Positions 26,780-40,727 of a DNA stretch of 64,000 nt are shown here, one piece after another. The notes beneath the pieces were generated by a model, which did not search any database, had not been told where the DNA came from, and saw nothing but the letters and a program-made list of their open reading frames with translations. The translations under genes were made by a program, and so were the position numbers. Each line of letters begins with the position of its first letter. Within the stretch, counting starts at the first letter, position 1. Location of the stretch: the NCBI GenBank assembly GCA_951406725.2, contig OX597814.1, forward strand, positions 80,724,001-80,788,000, read 5' to 3'. The stretch is from Octopus vulgaris (taxonomy: Eukaryota).

Positions 26780-27170
26780 CTTTTATTTGTTCCAGTCATT
26801 TGACTGTGGCCATGCTGGAGCACCACCTTTAGTTGAACAAATTGACCCCAAGACTTATTCTCTGTAAGCCTAGTACTTATTCTATCAGTCTGTCTTGCCG
26901 AACTGCTAATTTACATGGATGTAAACACACCAACATCAGTTGTCAAGCGGTGGTGGGGGACAAACACAGACACACAAATGTACACACACACATTCGTATG
27001 TATATATATGACAAGTTTCTTTCAGTTTCCATCTACCAAATCCACTCACAAGGCTTGGATTGGCCCAAGGCTATAGAAGAAGACACTCGCCCAAGGTGCC
27101 ACACAGTAGGACTGAACCCGGAACCATGTGGTTGGTAAGCAGGCTACATACCATACACCCACTCCTTATC
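26780..27170 (-). mobile_element. tRNA-derived SINE (family B), near full length
   Basis: Head ..ccaaccacatggttccgggttcagtcc..caccttgggc.agtgtcttct; tail gatagaataagtactaggc..ctccagcatggccacagtcaaatgactg. Many partial copies (about 6972, 7370, 14445, 15155, 15795, 20817, 24305, 25840, 36577, 38095, 43945, 47770, 58160, 58680). Confidence 0.85.
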
Positions 27171-28303
27171 TATTATTATTTACAATTTACAATAATATAA
27201 TATTATATTATTAGTAATATTATAAGATTATAAACTGCAAACATACAAAATAAAAAAAAAGGATGATATAAACAAAGTATGATATGAATTGAATTGACTT
27301 GAACTGGTTTCAGCTCATGAGCTGTGGCCATGCTGGGACACCATTATTTGAACAAAATAGGACTCTTGGCATTCTTCGCTCAAAAGGTGGAATTGAACCA
27401 CTCTGACATAAGTCAGCTACAGGTTTGAAGCCTGCACTCCAGACCACTGAAGCTCATGAAATATATGAAATATTCATTTTTATTATGGGCCCAAAATTTG
27501 TTCAGTAGGAGACTAGTCAATTACACCAATTTCAGTGCTTGACTGGTTCTTATTTTATGGAACTCAATAAGATGAAAGGCAAAGTTGACCTTGGTGGAAT
27601 TAGAACACAGAACATAAAACCAGAAGAAATGCCAGTAAGAATTTTGCCCAGCAGGCTAATCATTCTGCTAGCTCAATTCTACCATGAAATATGAAATATT
27701 AGTTTCAAATTTTTCCACAAGATCAGTAATTTCAGAGAAGAGGGTAATTTATTTACATTGATCCCAAAGGAATGAAAGGCAAAATCAACTTCAGCAGAAT
27801 TTGAACTCAGAACATAAAGATGGATGAAATGCTGCTAAGCATTTTAACTTGTGTGCTAATGATTCTGCCAGCTTGTCACCTTATGAAATATGAAATATTG
27901 GTTTCAAATATAGGCACAAGGCCAGCAACTTCAGAAATTATATCAACCCCAGTACTTAACTAGTACATATTTTATCAACCCTGAAAGGATGAAAGGTAAA
28001 AATCAATTTGAACTCAGAACATAAAGACAGATGATGAAGTATTAAAAGCATAAATCAAATAGCATTTTGAAACACTTGCTTATAATAATTTGAAGAAGTA
28101 AAAATAAATAAGTAATCTCTGTATGATGTTTTTTCTTTCTCTTTTATATGAGAAATGAATAAACCAATGTTTAACTTACTTGTATAGAAAAACAGAAATG
28201 CATCAATTAACTTTGTTTACTCAACGATGGTTATGGCATGATATAGTCAGAGTTCTTGGTTTTGAAATTATGAGAAGACTATGCATGTGCACCTTTCTCA
28301 ACT

Positions 28304-28340
<37 letters not shown>

Positions 28341-28724
28341 TTTTCTGTATGTTTCTCCCTCTCTCTCTCACTTTCTCTTCTCTCATTCTCTCTCTCTATC
28401 TCTCTGATACACACACATACACACACACAAACACACAAGATGTGATTGATACCAAAGACAAGGCTAACAATTTTTTAAATTGGAGATTTTCCATATTACC
28501 TGAATTCAAGCATGGACTGACTATTTTTTCCCTAGCACACAAAAAAGTAAAAATATATTGAATACTTTCAAAATTATTCTTATCGCTAATCTATATCTCT
28601 TACTCCAAAACTGTAAATCTAACTTTTTTTAATTTTTTTTTGTCTATATTTCTTCTCTTGCTGACTAGAAATGAAGACAGTTACTTGAAACACTGCATGA
28701 ATATAATTAATTTACACTCAATAT

Positions 28725-28785
28725 TTCTATAACTCTATACTGATGAAGTACAAGATACAGAAACAGGTTGTCTACAGATATAGAA
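28725..28785 (+). ncRNA. Minimal type I hammerhead motif with intact core
   Basis: ttctataactctata CTGATGA a gta caaga tac a GAAAC aggtt GTC tacagatatagaa. Confidence 0.7.
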
Positions 28786-30867
28786 GGAATACAAGATATT
28801 TTATATTGCATGAATAAATAATTATAACCTGCTTATATTAACCTGAAGAAGAAAAAAAGAAGTGATTTTTCACAAGCCTTTCACCCTTACACAAAAATGG
28901 ATGAACCAAATTATCAAACAGCATCGAGTGTGTGTGTGTGTGTGTGTGTGCATGTGATGAATCAAATTATCAAACAGCTTTTGTATGTACATGTGTGTGT
29001 TTGTGTTCCTTTTGAGGGTCATAATTATCTAGTTACCACTTGTGACACACATACATATACATATTAACACACACACACACACACACACACACATGGATGT
29101 ATATGCTCAAAGAAACTCATATTCATACAGAAAAAGGCATTAACATTTAAAGTGGTATTTAATGTTATTTTAAAGCATTTTATTGATTAAATTTAAAGAC
29201 ATAACAATGTTGTTTTAATAAAACAGTTTTATAACATTTTCTTTTTAAATTTCAACCTCAGAGACTCCTTTTAAAAATTACAATGGAACAGAGAAAGAAT
29301 GAAAGAAACAAACTAACAAAGATAGAGAGAAAAAACTGAAGGCTACGAAATTAAAAAAACAGACGTATGTCATTGATCTGTCAGGAACATTGTCTTTTAT
29401 TTTTGCAGTGAAACAAAAAAATGAAGTAACTGTGGCAGCTTCTTTATGACTTACTGATGCAACTAATGGACAACAAACAACAAATGCTGCAATAGCTGAT
29501 TAATGGCAAATGCTTACATACTGTTTTAATTTAAACACCAGCATCTGCACGATGTCCTCCTGCCTCAACAGGAAACAGTTGATACTTTTGTGTCTCTTAT
29601 ATGCCACTTTCTCTCTTTCTCTCTCTGTTCTGTTGTAATTTTTGAAATGAAACCTTTGCAATCAAAACTAAGAAATAAATAAATGAATAAATAAAATTCT
29701 GTTTTTGTTTTTTTAAAAAGAACTGTGTTCTTTTGGCTTTGAAATCTGTTCAGTTTAATCAATACAATGCTTCAAAATAACCTTAAAACCAATTTTAATA
29801 CTATTTGCATCTATCGGAATGAACCTGAGATAATGTCTATATTTGTTTATTCAAGTGACTGATTACTTTTAACATCTCTATGGAAAATAATTCGAGAATG
29901 GACATTGTCGTTGATTTAAAGTGAATGCTATCTTTTTGTTGCATAACCGAAAAAATATTTATGGTAGCTTCTTCACGATTCACTGATAAAGGAATAAAGG
30001 TATGGTTGATTAGTTGAAAATGTCTACTATTTTAATTCAAACAACTCCTTTGGCCTTGTGCCATATCAGAAATCAGGGTTTATTTTTTATTTCCTTTTCT
30101 TTATATATCTTTTTTTCTCAGTCATCATGTTTTTGTCTTTCTTTCTCTGTTCTAACAGAAACCCATAAGGTCAAAAATCTAAAAAGAAAAAAAATAAATA
30201 TTAAAAACTCATTGTTAAGACATTCAAATCTGTTCACATTAATTCTGGGTAAAGGTGTGAACAGATATGAAGAACTAGTCAATACCAGTTTGAATAGTGA
30301 TCTCTTCAGTGACTGACTGAAACACACTGATAATTCCAAATAAATATTCAAACTTAATGTCATGCGTTATGCATTTTTGGAGGGAGCCTTATCACTTATT
30401 GATGACTCTAATAAGATTCTATAGTGCAGAACAGTGGACTAGCTAGGCAAAATAGGAACACTTAATTCATAGACAACACGCATAAATTATCAGTAGCATA
30501 CACAAGTTTAGAGAAAAGCAACCATTTTTGTTATGCATATCATGTTTTTGACATTCCATTTTTTCACTTTCATGACTTTTCTATCATGAATCATTTTCCA
30601 AAATGGATTGGGTGCATTTTATTAGGGTCACTGACGCTAGAGAGTTTGTCAACAATAAGACCACAGAAACCTCCCTAACCTTTGGCATATAAAAAGCACT
30701 CAGCACACTCTGTAAAGTGGTTAGCATTAGAAAGGGCACCCAGCTATAGAATCCATGCCATAGCAGACAATTGAAGTTTGGACAGCTCTCTGGCTGGCTA
30801 GCTCCTATGAAACTGTTCAATCCATGCCAGCATGGGAAATGTATGTTGAACGATGATGATGATATAT

Positions 30868-31050
30868 ACAAGGGGTGCTGAAAATTCCTGAGTAAAAGAA
30901 AATACAAGTGGATCAGTTAATCATGATTTCATTCAACATATTTCCACTCAGATTCACACACTTACTGCAACGGTCCTTCAGTTTTTCTAAGAACTCAGAA
31001 GGTTGGACCTCCAACCAGGCCTTCCATGATATCTTTAACACCAGGGACTT
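30868..31050 (-). mobile_element. Non-autonomous mariner derivative
   Basis: TIR-like aggggtgctgaaaa..acttgta; transposase C-terminus KLKDRCSKCVNLSG; a second copy lies at 34853-35073. Confidence 0.7.
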
Positions 31051-32802
31051 GTAGGGACTGGTACTGTAGGATTTTTCTTGCAACCTACATTTAGTAGTTT
31101 TAACGTGAGAGTCAAGCCACCAATCCAATCCCATTCTTTAACCCTTTAGTGTTTAAACCAGTCATATTAGGCTCAAATATTTTATCTTATTTTATGTTCA
31201 AACCAGCCAGATTTGACCTCTCACACCTATTCTACAATGACCTTCTAAAAATAAGCAATCACATTGCCAAATCTCAAATGTCTGATTAATTCAAAACAAA
31301 TGTGGATACATAAGCATTACATTTATCAGAGTAATCTAAATGCTAAAGGATTTAAACTTGGAGTCCTGAACCCAGTGAGTAGGCTATTGTTGTTGATACA
31401 TTACCGAATAACCCATATGTAAACATATTGCATTATGTCAGTCTGATAAGGTTAACCCTCAAAAACTTTGGTTTACTTTGCTGTAAATTTATATTACAGT
31501 AACAAAAAAAAAAGCATCATTGTTGGAAGCATTGCTAGCACTCAAAAAATTATGAAATTTTTATTCCAGCTTAGTTCAAATTCTTCATTAGGAGTATCTT
31601 TGACCTTCTCCTGGGTGAATTGACTTACAGGGCTGGAGAGCTCCAGCAACCCGATGTTGTTGAAAGGATGTCAATGAAGGCACCAGATCAACTGAGGGAT
31701 TCCACTCCTTAGTCTGTTGTTGTGATTGACTCTCCTAACCTTTTCCTTTCCCAAGGTACTCTCAAGGCAGTACTTAACACAATACAAAAATTAAATGCAT
31801 GGCCTTATCTGTAATTGGCTTAAAAAAGGAAGAGAAAAAATCAAACAAAAAGTAAAAATGAAATTACTGAACCAAAGAATGAATTTCTGTGATTTTGAAT
31901 GGATTACTGTTTAGCTTATATAGACATTTTCAATAATCAAATACTTTTGAAAAATTATCAGTGCATATACATATAAAAAAATATATACACACACAGAATT
32001 CTCTTCACTAATGCAATAGGCCAATCAGCAAACTATTTTTCCAGTCAATTGAAAGTATGGCATGCAACATCACAATGATAATTCCTCTGGTGATGTTTTA
32101 AGATCATGCCGCCTTATATTGAAAATAAGGTCAAGTGATCTTGAAAGACTGTCATCAACTAATGAATAATCTAATTATACTAATTGCCATTAATAACAAA
32201 GCAGCTAATAAAATAAAAATAAACATATGATTTATTATAAATATGACCTATTAAAACTACTATTGAACATACTAACAGCTTGATGATGTATTGTATTGTG
32301 TATGTGCATGAGTGCGTATGTATGTGTACGTGTACACACATACACACATATATATATATAGATAAATATGTAGATTTACAAACATACTAAGTGCATATAC
32401 GTGTATGTATGTATATATATACACACATATATACATTTACAAAATGGTATTCTATGTGTGTGTTTGTGAGTGTGCAATACATTCATGTACACATAAATAT
32501 ACATAGACAAACAGACATAGACAGATATATTATATATACATAAATTGTTTCTTTCCTCTCTACATCTATTCTTGATTTTAAAACACATAGTACAAGACAC
32601 TATACACAAGAGATAGAGCAAGCTATTTTTTCTCTTAACATATCCAAGATTTTGTGTGTGATTTTTGTTGGCGCAAAAAAACAAAGCAAGTTGGTTGAAT
32701 TTACATGATTAATATTTATGTGTGTGTGTACATGTTTATTTGTGTGTGTATACATACGTATATATGCAAATACATAAACACATATTTATGATTATTTCTA
32801 TA

Positions 32803-32838
<36 letters not shown>

Positions 32839-34309
32839 TGTATGTATGTATGTATGTATGTGTATGTCCTAGGTATGATATTATTCCTTGAGCATTCAGA
32901 TTATTCTGTCAAATGTATAGCTTATGTTTTCACATCATTTTGAATTAATCATGCATTATTTCATAGCATTGAGATTTTGATGATGCGATTGTTTATTTGT
33001 AAATGATACTGTAGGGTAGGTGTGAAAGGCCAAATCTGACCAGTTTGAAGATAAAATCGCTAAGATATTTTGGCTAGATATGGCCAGTTTAAATGCTAAA
33101 GGGTTAAGCTGCACCCAGTAGTGGAGCTCCAGTTCAGAAGTTCTGGAGTTGTGTAGAGTATGGAGTTACCCCTTAATTATCATTACTCAAAGGTCTGTTC
33201 TGACATGGAAGAGTAGTACTTCTCAGGGTCCCACATCAGCTGACACAAGATCCCCTCCTCCAATGCCCCACTCCCACCGTCTCAAAGGATCCTTGTCTTG
33301 CAAAGTTACTTGGTGATCCTGCCAGTGCTGGTGCCATTTACAAAGCATCCAGTCTACACTGTAAAGTGGTTGGCATTTGGAAGGGCATCCAGCTGTTAAA
33401 AACTATGCCAAACTGACCTCACCTGTGTTTGGGCTACATAAAAAGCACTCAGTCCACTCTGTGAGGTGACTGGTGTTAGGAAGGAGATCCAACCATAAAA
33501 AAACTATCAAAACAGATAGAAGTCTGGTGCAGGCTCTTGCCTAACCAGCTCCTGTCAGACCATCCAACCCATGCCAGCATGGAAGGAGGATGCTAAACGA
33601 TGATGATGATGAGTGGTGGCTCCTGTTGTTTTTGACAAAGCCGTGGGGAGGCAGCCTTTCTAGGAAAGAGATACTTTGAATAAAACTTGCAGTCAAACTA
33701 GTACCAGTCATCTTACAATGTTTGTCACTAGAAGCTACTATGGCAACTGAGAAATTAACAAAAGTGTCGGACAAGCTTTTGTCAATTAAAACTGATGATG
33801 CACAGGTGTCTTATTATTGTTTCATTGCTTGATCTGTTTTGTATTTCATAAATCCTATGGCAATGGATGCATGTCATGAAAAGTCACATCTGTGCATAAC
33901 ATAGGGATGGAAGTAAATCAGAACAATCCAGTTGAATGTGAGATGGCTGTTATCTGACAAGATGAGGCAGTCATTATATGTATATGTGTATCATCATCAT
34001 CATCATCATCATCATCGTCGTCGTCGTTTAACGTCGGGTCTCCATGGTTTCCAAGACTGGATGTCCTTCCTAATGCCGTGCTAGGTACATTTTACGTGTC
34101 ACTGTCACAGGTGTGTTTATGTAGCACCAGCATGGGTGCATAAACACAGCACTGGCACTGGTGCTTTTTAAGTGGTACCAGCACCTGAAAAAGCAAGCCT
34201 GTATGTGTGAAAGATAGCGATTTTACTTAGTTGTCTACAGTGAAGAGAAAGAGTACTCATTACCGTAGCAGAGATTAATAATATTTTTATGTTGGTCAAG
34301 TCAGTCTCT

Positions 34310-34560
34310 TGCTTCTCTGGAGTTTTTGCTTCTGCATTCAAGGGATCATCAAGCATCTCATAGCTTGCTAGGAGAGGTGACAGTAAGGACCCTTGGCAGA
34401 GCCTGACACCCATATCAAATGGTCTTGATATAACACCTTTTATTTGAACACAAATAATATGGCATTCCTATAGGGACTTCAAGGTAACAAGAAGCTGTCC
34501 AATGATCCCATACTCTTGCAGAACTTTTCATAACTAGTTCCATGGAATGCCGTCCTGTTT
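34310..34560 (-). mobile_element. RTE-like RT fragment
   Basis: GVRLCQGSLLSPLL (RT QG motif). Confidence 0.6.
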
Positions 34561-34852
34561 TTTGAGGTCTGGTTTAACAAAGATATATATATTATTTTAA
34601 TATAAAATTTTTGAATAATGAATTATGTTTGGTCAAACAAATTTCTTCATTTATAATTTTGTAGTCAAATTATACCTTCTCTACAACTTATATTGGGTAT
34701 GTTCTTTTTTCTGATTAATGAACCCTCCTAAAACAAGTAAATACACACACACACACACACACGTGTTTATATATTTATATATATGTATATATGTATATAT
34801 ATATATGTAAATACATTTATGCATACATTCTTGCATACATATGCATACACAT

Positions 34853-35073
34853 GCAAGCAGAGTGCTGAAAATTTCATGGTTTTGGGTAAAAACTCAGGTG
34901 GATTAGTTAATTATGATTTTATTCAACATATTCCTCTCAGATGCACACACATAGACTTACTACAAGAGTCCTTCAGTTTTTTTAAGTCTTGTAAAAGAAC
35001 TCGAAAGGTTGGGCCTCTAAACAGGCTTTTTGTGATACCCTTAAAGCTAGGATCTTTTCGGCATCCCCTCGTA
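34853..35073 (-). mobile_element. Non-autonomous mariner derivative
   Basis: Homologous to 30868-31050; ends cttttcggcatcccctcgta. Confidence 0.7.
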
Positions 35074-35311
35074 CATGTAAAAAAATAATTGTTAGAATCA
35101 AATAAATTAATTGGATTTTTTTTCAAATATGGCAGGAAAAGAAATAATAAAATATTAGTGCTAGTTCTAAGCCACATCTCACATGAAACAAGTTAGGTAA
35201 CTTACAGGACACTAGAAGTTTGTGGTATCATCGCCAGAGAATGTGCACCATTTTGGGGGCATTCCTCACCGATCAAATTATTAAAAGATAGATATTCTAT
35301 ATTTATCTTAT

Positions 35312-35588
35312 ATACTGTTGTGTCTGGGGAAAGTCATTTTGTTTTTGTGCCTTATAATGTAACACACTCACTGGTAAAATTCCCACTTATTTCTTATTTT
35401 TATTTTCCTAAAATTTTTGTTGTGTCTTGCAACCTTTTCAATAGTCTTAACTCTCTATTGAAAAGGTTGCAAGATGCAACAAAAATTTTAGGAAAATAAA
35501 AATAAGAAATAAATCGAAATTTTACCGGTGAGTGTGTTACATTATAAGGCACAAAAAGAAAACGACTCTCCCCAGACACAACAGAATA
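35312..35588. repeat. Palindrome (about 130-bp arms) with a variant hammerhead-like motif near the centre
   Basis: Arms are reverse-complementary around the spacer tcttaactct; motif cta TTGAAAA g gttgca aga tgcaac AAAA attt tag. Confidence 0.9.
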
Positions 35589-37346
35589 TGCTTCAACACA
35601 CAAACTCAAATAAAGAATCTTGCAAGCCAAATCCAAAAGCGAAATACTATGGATATATTTTCTTGGTAAACTTTCTTCGCAGAGAACTTTCTTCACGGTG
35701 AATTGATGGCGGTGAACTTACCTGTAATTGGTTGGTTCAACTTGAAGAATCAGCCTTGTAATTTTTCCCTGTGTTGTTTTAATGACATTTCCATATTACC
35801 AGGAGCCATGACCTTTCAATGTGAAGAAGTATTCGCTCAACCTGGAGAAATTCTCTGATCTCTGAACTATCCATCCTGTCCAGTAATGGTATCCAGTAAT
35901 GATATTCCAGAGATCCTTTGAAGGAATCCATTTCAACGATTTATATTTATAGATACAATAATTATAATTTTCACTTCTTTCAAATTTCGTTGTGCTTACA
36001 CAAAATAGGAAATTAATCAAATTTTGAAAATAATAAAATTTATTGATTTGAAATATCATTAAATAAAACAAATTTCTCATTTGTATATTTGCAATAAATG
36101 TGTTATCACTAAAAATTATATTGTTAAATTATCAATTACAATAATACTGTAGTAATACTTCGATAATGGAAGGTAAAGAAAAAAATTTTAGAAAAGAATT
36201 GAAGTAAAATTTTCTCTTGAGCTATATATACTGTATAATTAAATACTCAAATCACTCAACTCTTTTGATATCTGACACTGCTCCTAGTTCTACAGTACAA
36301 CATTCATACTTTGTACCATAGAACTAGGGGCAGTCACATTAAAAAATTTTTAATTCATGTTTTAAAATAATTTAAATTAAAACCTTCCCTCAAAATTTCA
36401 CATCAATTTAAATTCCAAAAACTAACTTAATAATGACAAAGTTATTTTACTGAATTCTTCATTTTTTAAAAAGTAATTTAAATAATGTCACTGTTTTTCA
36501 AAATAACTATAGAGGCAAAAGTTTTGAATAACTTTTAACATTGGTTCATGACAACATATTTCCACTAATGATTTACCTGGCATGGCTGTGTGGTAAGAAA
36601 CTTGCTTCCCAACAACATGGTTCCAGGTTCAGTTCCACTATTTGGCACCTGGGGCTAGTGTCTTCTCCTGTGAGTCGATTTGTTTTTGCCTTATCAGTTA
36701 ACCATCAACGAACCTGAACCACGTCATGGTTTTCAAAAAAATAGCTGACCAATTAGGTTGTAGGACTAACCATGACCCCCACCCCACTACACATAGGGAT
36801 TCAGAGACTTGTTGATTGGCAAAAAATAAACACTAACACAGTACTTTAGTTACCACCTGGTTCCTTACTCTCATCAGTACACTTATATACCAAATTTTCC
36901 CATGATGTGTTCACCATCATAGGCTGCTTATGCCATACCATCCACAATGTTGCACCTACTAGCTGGCACTTTACATATGAACTTTCACATCCATAACACA
37001 GACCATATCTTCAAATCCACCACTGTATTTCTATGTAAACATGATGTGAATTTCTATCTAAACATAATGTGAACTACTGCCTAAATCTGTCCTTCCTAAA
37101 AAATCCTCCCAAGAATGACAATAGTCACCTTTCCACCATTGGATGAAGTAACATGGATCCTGGATTACAACACAGGAAGTTTGTAGCTTACTTCCCCTTC
37201 CTATACCTAATTCATTTTAATAAGTTGTACTTCTCTCACAGCTACATGTTTGCTCCTATTCATTTTCAGTCCTCTTCAATAATGACAAATACACTGTATC
37301 TATTGGTAACTGTTTATTATATGTATTAGCCTTCCTAACCACTGAG

Positions 37347-37471
37347 ACCCTCTGAAGAAGCCTGGAGGCACACTCATCATCCAAACTTTATCTGCCCATC
37401 CCTACAGAACACTGAAGAGATGTAGATAGCATGGAAGATTTTGTTGCCTCTTAGCAGAAACGGCTGTAAGG
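37347..37471 (+). ncRNA. Type I hammerhead motif with long stem II insertion
   Basis: cct CTGAAGA(37352) a gc..gaggca ..(about 75 nt).. tgcctc..gc a GAAAC ggct GTA agg. Confidence 0.6.
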
Positions 37472-37690
37472 AACTGACATTTTGCTCTCTTCTGTAATAT
37501 TAATACATGTGTGTTTAACACATAGTTACTACATGTGTATGTTTTCTTCTAATACTTTCTAATGCTTTGGAATAAATAGACACACTGAAATGTCTACCAG
37601 ATGATGTATGTCTCTCTTTTGCATTTTGTATCCTCTCCATTTTCTTATTTGCTGTATGTATGTATGTATGTATATATATATATATATATA

Positions 37691-37970
37691 TATTATCAAA
37701 AGCAAAGAGAGAAGATGGAGATAAGATTAATAAAAGTTTATGAATATATTGACAAGACTAGATCTACAATTGTTTCAATTCCTCACTTGCAACATAAAAT
37801 CAACCAAATTTAATTTAATTTAACTAAATCAGTTTAGTTAGATTAAATTAAATTTAGTTGATTTTATGTTGCAAGTGAGGAATTGAAACAATTGTAGATC
37901 TAGTCTTGTCAATGTATTAATAAACTTTTATTAATCTTATTTCCATCTTCTTTCTTGGTTTTTAATAATA
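37691..37970. repeat. Palindrome (about 138-bp arms) carrying the 3' half of a hammerhead
   Basis: Near-perfect inverted arms, each containing GAAAC aatt GTA. Confidence 0.9.
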
Positions 37971-38980
37971 TTAATAATATATATGTATGTGCCTATATTG
38001 TTGGGTATTCAACCAGTATAATCTTGAATATATTTATCCCTCTGAGGTTTATATCCTCGCCTGTATTTTGAGATGTGTGTGTGTATGTGTGTATACATTT
38101 GTGTGTGTCTATTTCTGTGTTTGTCCCCCCTGCTATCACTTGGCAACTAATGCTGGTGTGTTTATGTCCTCATAACATAACAGTTTGGCAAAAGGGACTG
38201 ATAGAATAAGTACTAGGCTTACAAAGAATAAGTCCTTTGGTCGATTTCTTCGACTAAAACCCTTTAAGGCAGAGCTCCACCATAGCCACAGCAAATAACT
38301 TAAACAAGTAAAAGAATAAACGAATTATTTATCCCTTGTCACTACTCCTTCCTTTAATTATAGTTTATCAAAATTAATTTTGAAAGCTGTAGATTCAACC
38401 TTACAGCTTTCTTATATAATCACTTTATATGAAATTGTCAATTTCAATGTTATAATTTACAACAATCCAATAAAAGCACAATGTTTATGACTTTATATTT
38501 CCTTGTACCTGTTACATCAGACATGTATTGTACTCATGTTTTAGTTAACAATTGTAAAATGAATAATTGTATGATTAATTTACATGTTCAGACTTTAACT
38601 CAGAATTTCAATTTCAATACTTCAGTTAACTGAACAAAAACCAGTATTTTTTTTGTCATAAAACTCAATACATTTTTGCATTATAAAAACATATACAATA
38701 TTAACATTGTTCTGCTCTTTTATATCTTACTTTCTCATTCTCACTCTTACTATATCCAAATCACCTCTCCTCTCATTCTTTATCTGCCATTTCCTACTTC
38801 AACACAATAATGGCTAATGTCACCTCTAACTGATTGTCACTTGATAAACCATGCTATTTAGAATATTTAATTGCAACAATACAGTCATTTGCAGGTACTA
38901 ATAAGGGAAAACGAATTTAAAAAAGTACATAAGATGTTTGATTATTTAAGTGATCATGTGTTTCTTTCCTTGGTTTTCAG

Positions 38981-39007
38981 GTTGTTATATTTCTTTCCTC
39001 AAATGGT
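38981..39007 (+). other. Candidate 27-nt microexon
   Basis: tttctttccttggttttcag| gttgttatatttctttcctcaaatggt |gtaagt; strong splice signals, length divisible by 3. Confidence 0.4.
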
Positions 39008-40201
39008 GTAAGTCTCTAAACTAATTTCCCTCTATTCACAACTTCTTCACACAACTTGTGTTGACTTTGTCATTTACATCAAAATACTTATGTATACTTA
39101 TGTACTCCTCTTTGTTTTCATTTTTTACATTCTCTGAACAACTTGTCTCAGATTTATCATTTGGTCAAAAGATTATATTTCCCTGTTTGTTTAGCATTTT
39201 TTTTTATTATCAACCTTACATAACTTTTACCTATCTTTGTTCATTTTTTTTTTATGTCTACTCAACAACACCGAGCTGTTGACACTGCCTGATTGAACAA
39301 TATTGTCAGATGCTGAAATTCTGAAGATATTCGGTCAACATCTGTGTGGAAGCTCATCAATGGACTGAACCACATACTGCATTACACTCATTCTAAGTGA
39401 GATTTGTTTAAGCAGTGATCATGTCTGTGAAATTCTAAGCCACTTATAAATAATTCAATGAGTAAGTAGTTCATTTGGTGAAACAAGAAAACTCATTGGC
39501 AAAAGTGACAGAGATCCATTTACGACGACGACGACGACGACGATGGATGGAGTCTCACATCATAGACAATGTGTGCGTATTCAGGCTTTGCTGATTGACC
39601 TGCACAAATGATTTGTTTATGGTGATGAAATGTACATACTGTACATCAGCTCACTCCCTCCATCAAATCAACATTGTCAGTACAAGTGTACTAGTGTGCC
39701 ACATATCAGACGTCGAAATAATTGGTGAAATGTTGTCTCATCTGTCTATGATTTTCAGGTGTTTTAACAGCCAGCGCTTTGAGGGAGGCATCCCCACCAT
39801 GCTAAATTGCATCCTGGTGAAGAACAAGCAAAGAACATGCTTGAAGAACAAGCAAAGAATATATGGATGGTTGATGATGTTTACAACACTAGGACCACTT
39901 CTAATTCATATTTGAATATATTCTTATGTATGCACTGTCAGCATATGGTTTTAACATCATTTGTATAGTCATGGACTGGCGATTCAGTTCACCTCCAATT
40001 TAGTCCAGGTGCATGATGTTGATAAACAGCAAAATGGTGAAACATTGATGTCTATTGTTCTTGAATGAAATTTAGGGAGAGTTATCACACTTATGTATGA
40101 CTTTCAGGTGTTTTAACAGCCACTGCTTTCAAAGAGACATCCCCGCCACATTAAATTGCAGCCTACTGGCAAACAAGCAGAGCATGTATATTTAGTATGT
40201 G

Positions 40202-40259
<58 letters not shown>

Positions 40260-40695
40260 CCATGTGCCTTTACATACGTGTGTATGTTTGAGGTGTGTGT
40301 GTGTGTGTGTGTGTGTGTGAGTGCATGCGTGTGTGAGTGCGTGTGTGTGTGAAGGCACATGGCTCAATGGTTAGAGCATCGGGCTCACAATCATGAGGTA
40401 GTGGGTTCAATTCCCAGACAAGACTGTGTGTTGTATTCTTGAGCAAGACACTTTATTTCACGTTCCTCCAGCTCACTCAGCTGTAGAAATGAGTTGCGAC
40501 ATCACTGGTGCCAAGCTGTACCAGCCTTTGCTTTTCCTTTCAATAACATTATTGACATGTAGAGAGGGAGACTGGCATGCATGGGTGACTGCTGGTCTTC
40601 CATAAATAACCTTGCCCAGACTTGGGCATTGGAGGGGAACTTTCTAGGTGCAATCCCATGGTCATTCATGAATGAAGGGAGTTTTTATCCCCCAC

Positions 40696-40727
<32 letters not shown>

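Noticed and set aside
33628-33698. gttt TTGACAA..AAAAC ttgca GTC aaac, a possible U3:A8 fossil
   Set aside because: Stem II does not pair and G12 is absent; too decayed to call.
35721-35935. Minus-strand donor cag|gtaagt with coding-looking upstream sequence; weak CUB-like words on the plus strand
   Set aside because: Stops in every frame and no consistent exon.
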